This document shows, one piece after another, positions 61,640 to 64,000 of a stretch of 64,000 bases of DNA. The notes beneath the pieces were generated by a model. The model saw nothing but the letters and a program-made list of their open reading frames with translations, did no database searches and had not been told where the DNA came from. The position numbers and the translations under genes were made by a program. The stretch is from Neoechinorhynchus agilis (taxonomy: Eukaryota > Animalia > Acanthocephala): positions 1,396,389 to 1,460,388 of the forward strand of contig CM121343.1 of NCBI GenBank assembly GCA_051530055.1, written 5' to 3'. Numbering within the stretch: position 1 is the first letter of the stretch; every line of letters begins with the position of its first letter.

Positions 61640-64000
61640 ATTATTATTATTATTATTATTTCACGCCTCATACAACATACACACAATCAATCTCTTAATT
61701 CCTCTTTCTTGCTTGATCTAATATGTCTCGGGCCCAAGATGGCTGTGAGTTGTGGGACGATCTCTTAAATCCCTTCACAGCAGCCTCGAAAACCCTTCTT
61801 TTAATTCTTAAGTAATAATAATCCTTTTATTGTCCTGATCCTGTAAAAAAGAGAATAACATGAGAAAATCACTTACCTCATTCCTGTTAAGTATATTAGT
61901 TTGATTAATGGGTAAAAAACTAGATGGTTTATTGAAAAAGATTCTAAGAATTGAGGAGTTGTAATTAAAATATTTACAGCTAGAATAACAATAAGAATAA
62001 AACCAAATTTTAGACAAAAAAATTCTTGTTAAAAAGGAAAAAAGGGGTTCCGTATCAATATTATTTTTAATAAGAATACTGCTAAGCTTATTCAGCATAG
62101 TAAGATAAAATGATGGTCTGTTTTCTGGGGGCCGGCCTCGTGCGAAAAAGCATATTGAACCCCCTAGAAATATTTTTAACACTTTAGAAATAAAAGGTGG
62201 GGAAATTGATAACCTTTTGGCTCTTTTGATAAAAATATCTGTTTTTGTCAGAAGACTTTTAAAGGAAGAGTTTATAAAAATTCTGTGATTTTTACAGGGG
62301 AAATCAACACCTAAAATATTGGAATGCGATCTAAAATTGATATTAGGGAAATTGAAATTAGAAGATAATTCATTAATTAGAAGCTTCCTCGAAGCCAAAG
62401 TTTTAGTCAGTGGAATAAAGAAAGTTTTGTTATTGTTTGTAACTAAATTGGCTTTCCTAAGTTCCGACGACAAAGATTGCATAAAATTGGCTATATTATT
62501 CGTAGAATATATCATCCGCATAAACTAAAGGAAATATGGAAGATGATTTCTTTAAATTTTTGAAAATATATATAAGGGCAATTAAAAATAAGGTGGGCGA
62601 GAGTGGAGATCCTTGAGGAACACCATATCTAGAGAAAAATTTAGTGTGAGAAGGGTCCACCTCATAGTAAAAGGACTTGGATTCCATAAGATAGTTGGTT
62701 TTGTAGATAAGATTAAGAGGAACTTTAAGATTAACTAAAGCCTCATAAAGAAAGCCACGATCCAAGGCATCAAAAGCCTTATTAATATCCAGCTGAATGA
62801 GAAGTTTTTGTACATTAATAGCTTCATTCATAGAATTAAGAGAGGATAAAAGCGATGTGACACCTTTACCTCTAATGAAGCCATGGAAAAAGTCGGGGAT
62901 TAGCTTTCTACATACTAAAAAGTCATACAGTTTCCCGTTCACCGCTCTTTCTAAGCAAGAGACGATTGGGTTCTGTATGGAAATTACTCTGATGTGGGAT
63001 GCGTTAAATATACGTCCTTTCGTTTTGGGAATAAAAATTTTCTTAACAATATTTATGTTAAGTAGATCATTAAAATCAATTTTCGATAAACGAAATCTAC
63101 TAAAAAAAGATAGATTTTGCCTTATCAGAAATAGAACTAAAAATTATGGGTGAAGTGCCATTTATATTATACGCTTTAGAGGGGTTAGATTTACAGGCCT
63201 CCAGAAAAACTTCAACTTCAAAATTCCACGAAAAGGACTTTTTATTAAAGATGGGAAGTGGAGGAGAAGAACATGCACTAAAAGTATGTGCCATCAAAAT
63301 AGACTCAATTACTGCAGGATAAGATATAGACCCTATCCAGTTAGATGCTTTTGCCTTCCAACAGACCGGTCTTCTTTTCAAAATACAGGACCAAAAGTCC
63401 TTACCAAAGGACTTAAGAGAGATCAGCTTCTTTTTGTCCAACGAAACTTGATGATAAAACTTAGCTGTGTAAAATTTTTTCATAAATAAGTTTTTAAGGG
63501 GAGCGTTACCATACAAGTCAGCTATAACAGCATTTTTATAAAATATGTTGGCTTCATGACAAACAGGAGGTCGCTTGATCACAGACTTAGTAATTAAATT
63601 TTTATGTACAGAGAATAAAATGGCATTGTTAAAGTCAGATAAGGAGGATGAAGTGGAAGAGTTCATAAAAGAAAGGAGATCATTATTAAATTTTGAAAAG
63701 CTTTTAGGATTAAAAACGAAAGTGTCCTTAAGAGCGATGCCATTAGATTTAAAAAGGATAAGGTCATGTCCTAACAATCTCTGTGACTGAAGTTGGGAAG
63801 CAGGATAAAATAAAATAGGAATTGACTTTTTAATAATTGCACCATCCAAGAAGGTATGTCTATTAGATTTAACATTATGAAAAGAAGGAAATTTGGGGAG
63901 CAAAAAATTGTGAAACTTAAAAAAGGGCCTAAAAGCATTTAAAAAATTACTATTGAAGTCGCCTACGATAAAGTCAGGATTCCAGTAACGGAGGATATGC
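61640..64000 (-). mobile_element. AT-rich LINE ORF2 (RT) 3' portion with (AAT)n tail, runs off the window
   Basis: HGFIRGKG, QLDINKAFDALD, GVPQGSPLSPTLF, YADD, ILGV; frameshifted. Tail (TTA)n at 61640-61660 abuts the Gypsy integrase CxxC motif. Confidence 0.88.

Overview
Eukaryotic (metazoan) genomic DNA from a compact genome with short GT-AG introns, mostly about 45-50 nt. There are three zones. (1) 0.55-7.1 kb: a hierarchical satellite array (47-bp monomer built into 258+47n bp higher-order units), bordered on both sides by Penelope-like-element (PLE) hammerhead remnants. (2) 8-32 kb: a gene-dense block, all recognisable genes on the minus strand: class A peptide GPCR, MAP4K4/misshapen, a divergent TGF-beta-family ligand, a myosin light-chain kinase, STRA6-like, and a C-type-lectin/EGF membrane protein. 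It is sprinkled with short inverted-pair elements carrying a hammerhead-ribozyme motif. (3) 32.7-64 kb: a retroelement graveyard (Gypsy, PLE, LINE, RLE-clade non-LTR, tRNA-like SINE) with two inverted, overlapping pseudogene copies of the mRNA capping enzyme. Most notable is a ~2.8-kb insert resembling a toti-like dsRNA virus (capsid, -1 frameshift signal, RdRp N-terminus). It sits between gag and protease of a decayed Gypsy element whose two LTR copies are 100% identical, suggesting a chimeric retroelement that captured viral RNA. All calls come from reading motifs by eye; no database search was run and boundaries of decayed elements are approximate.
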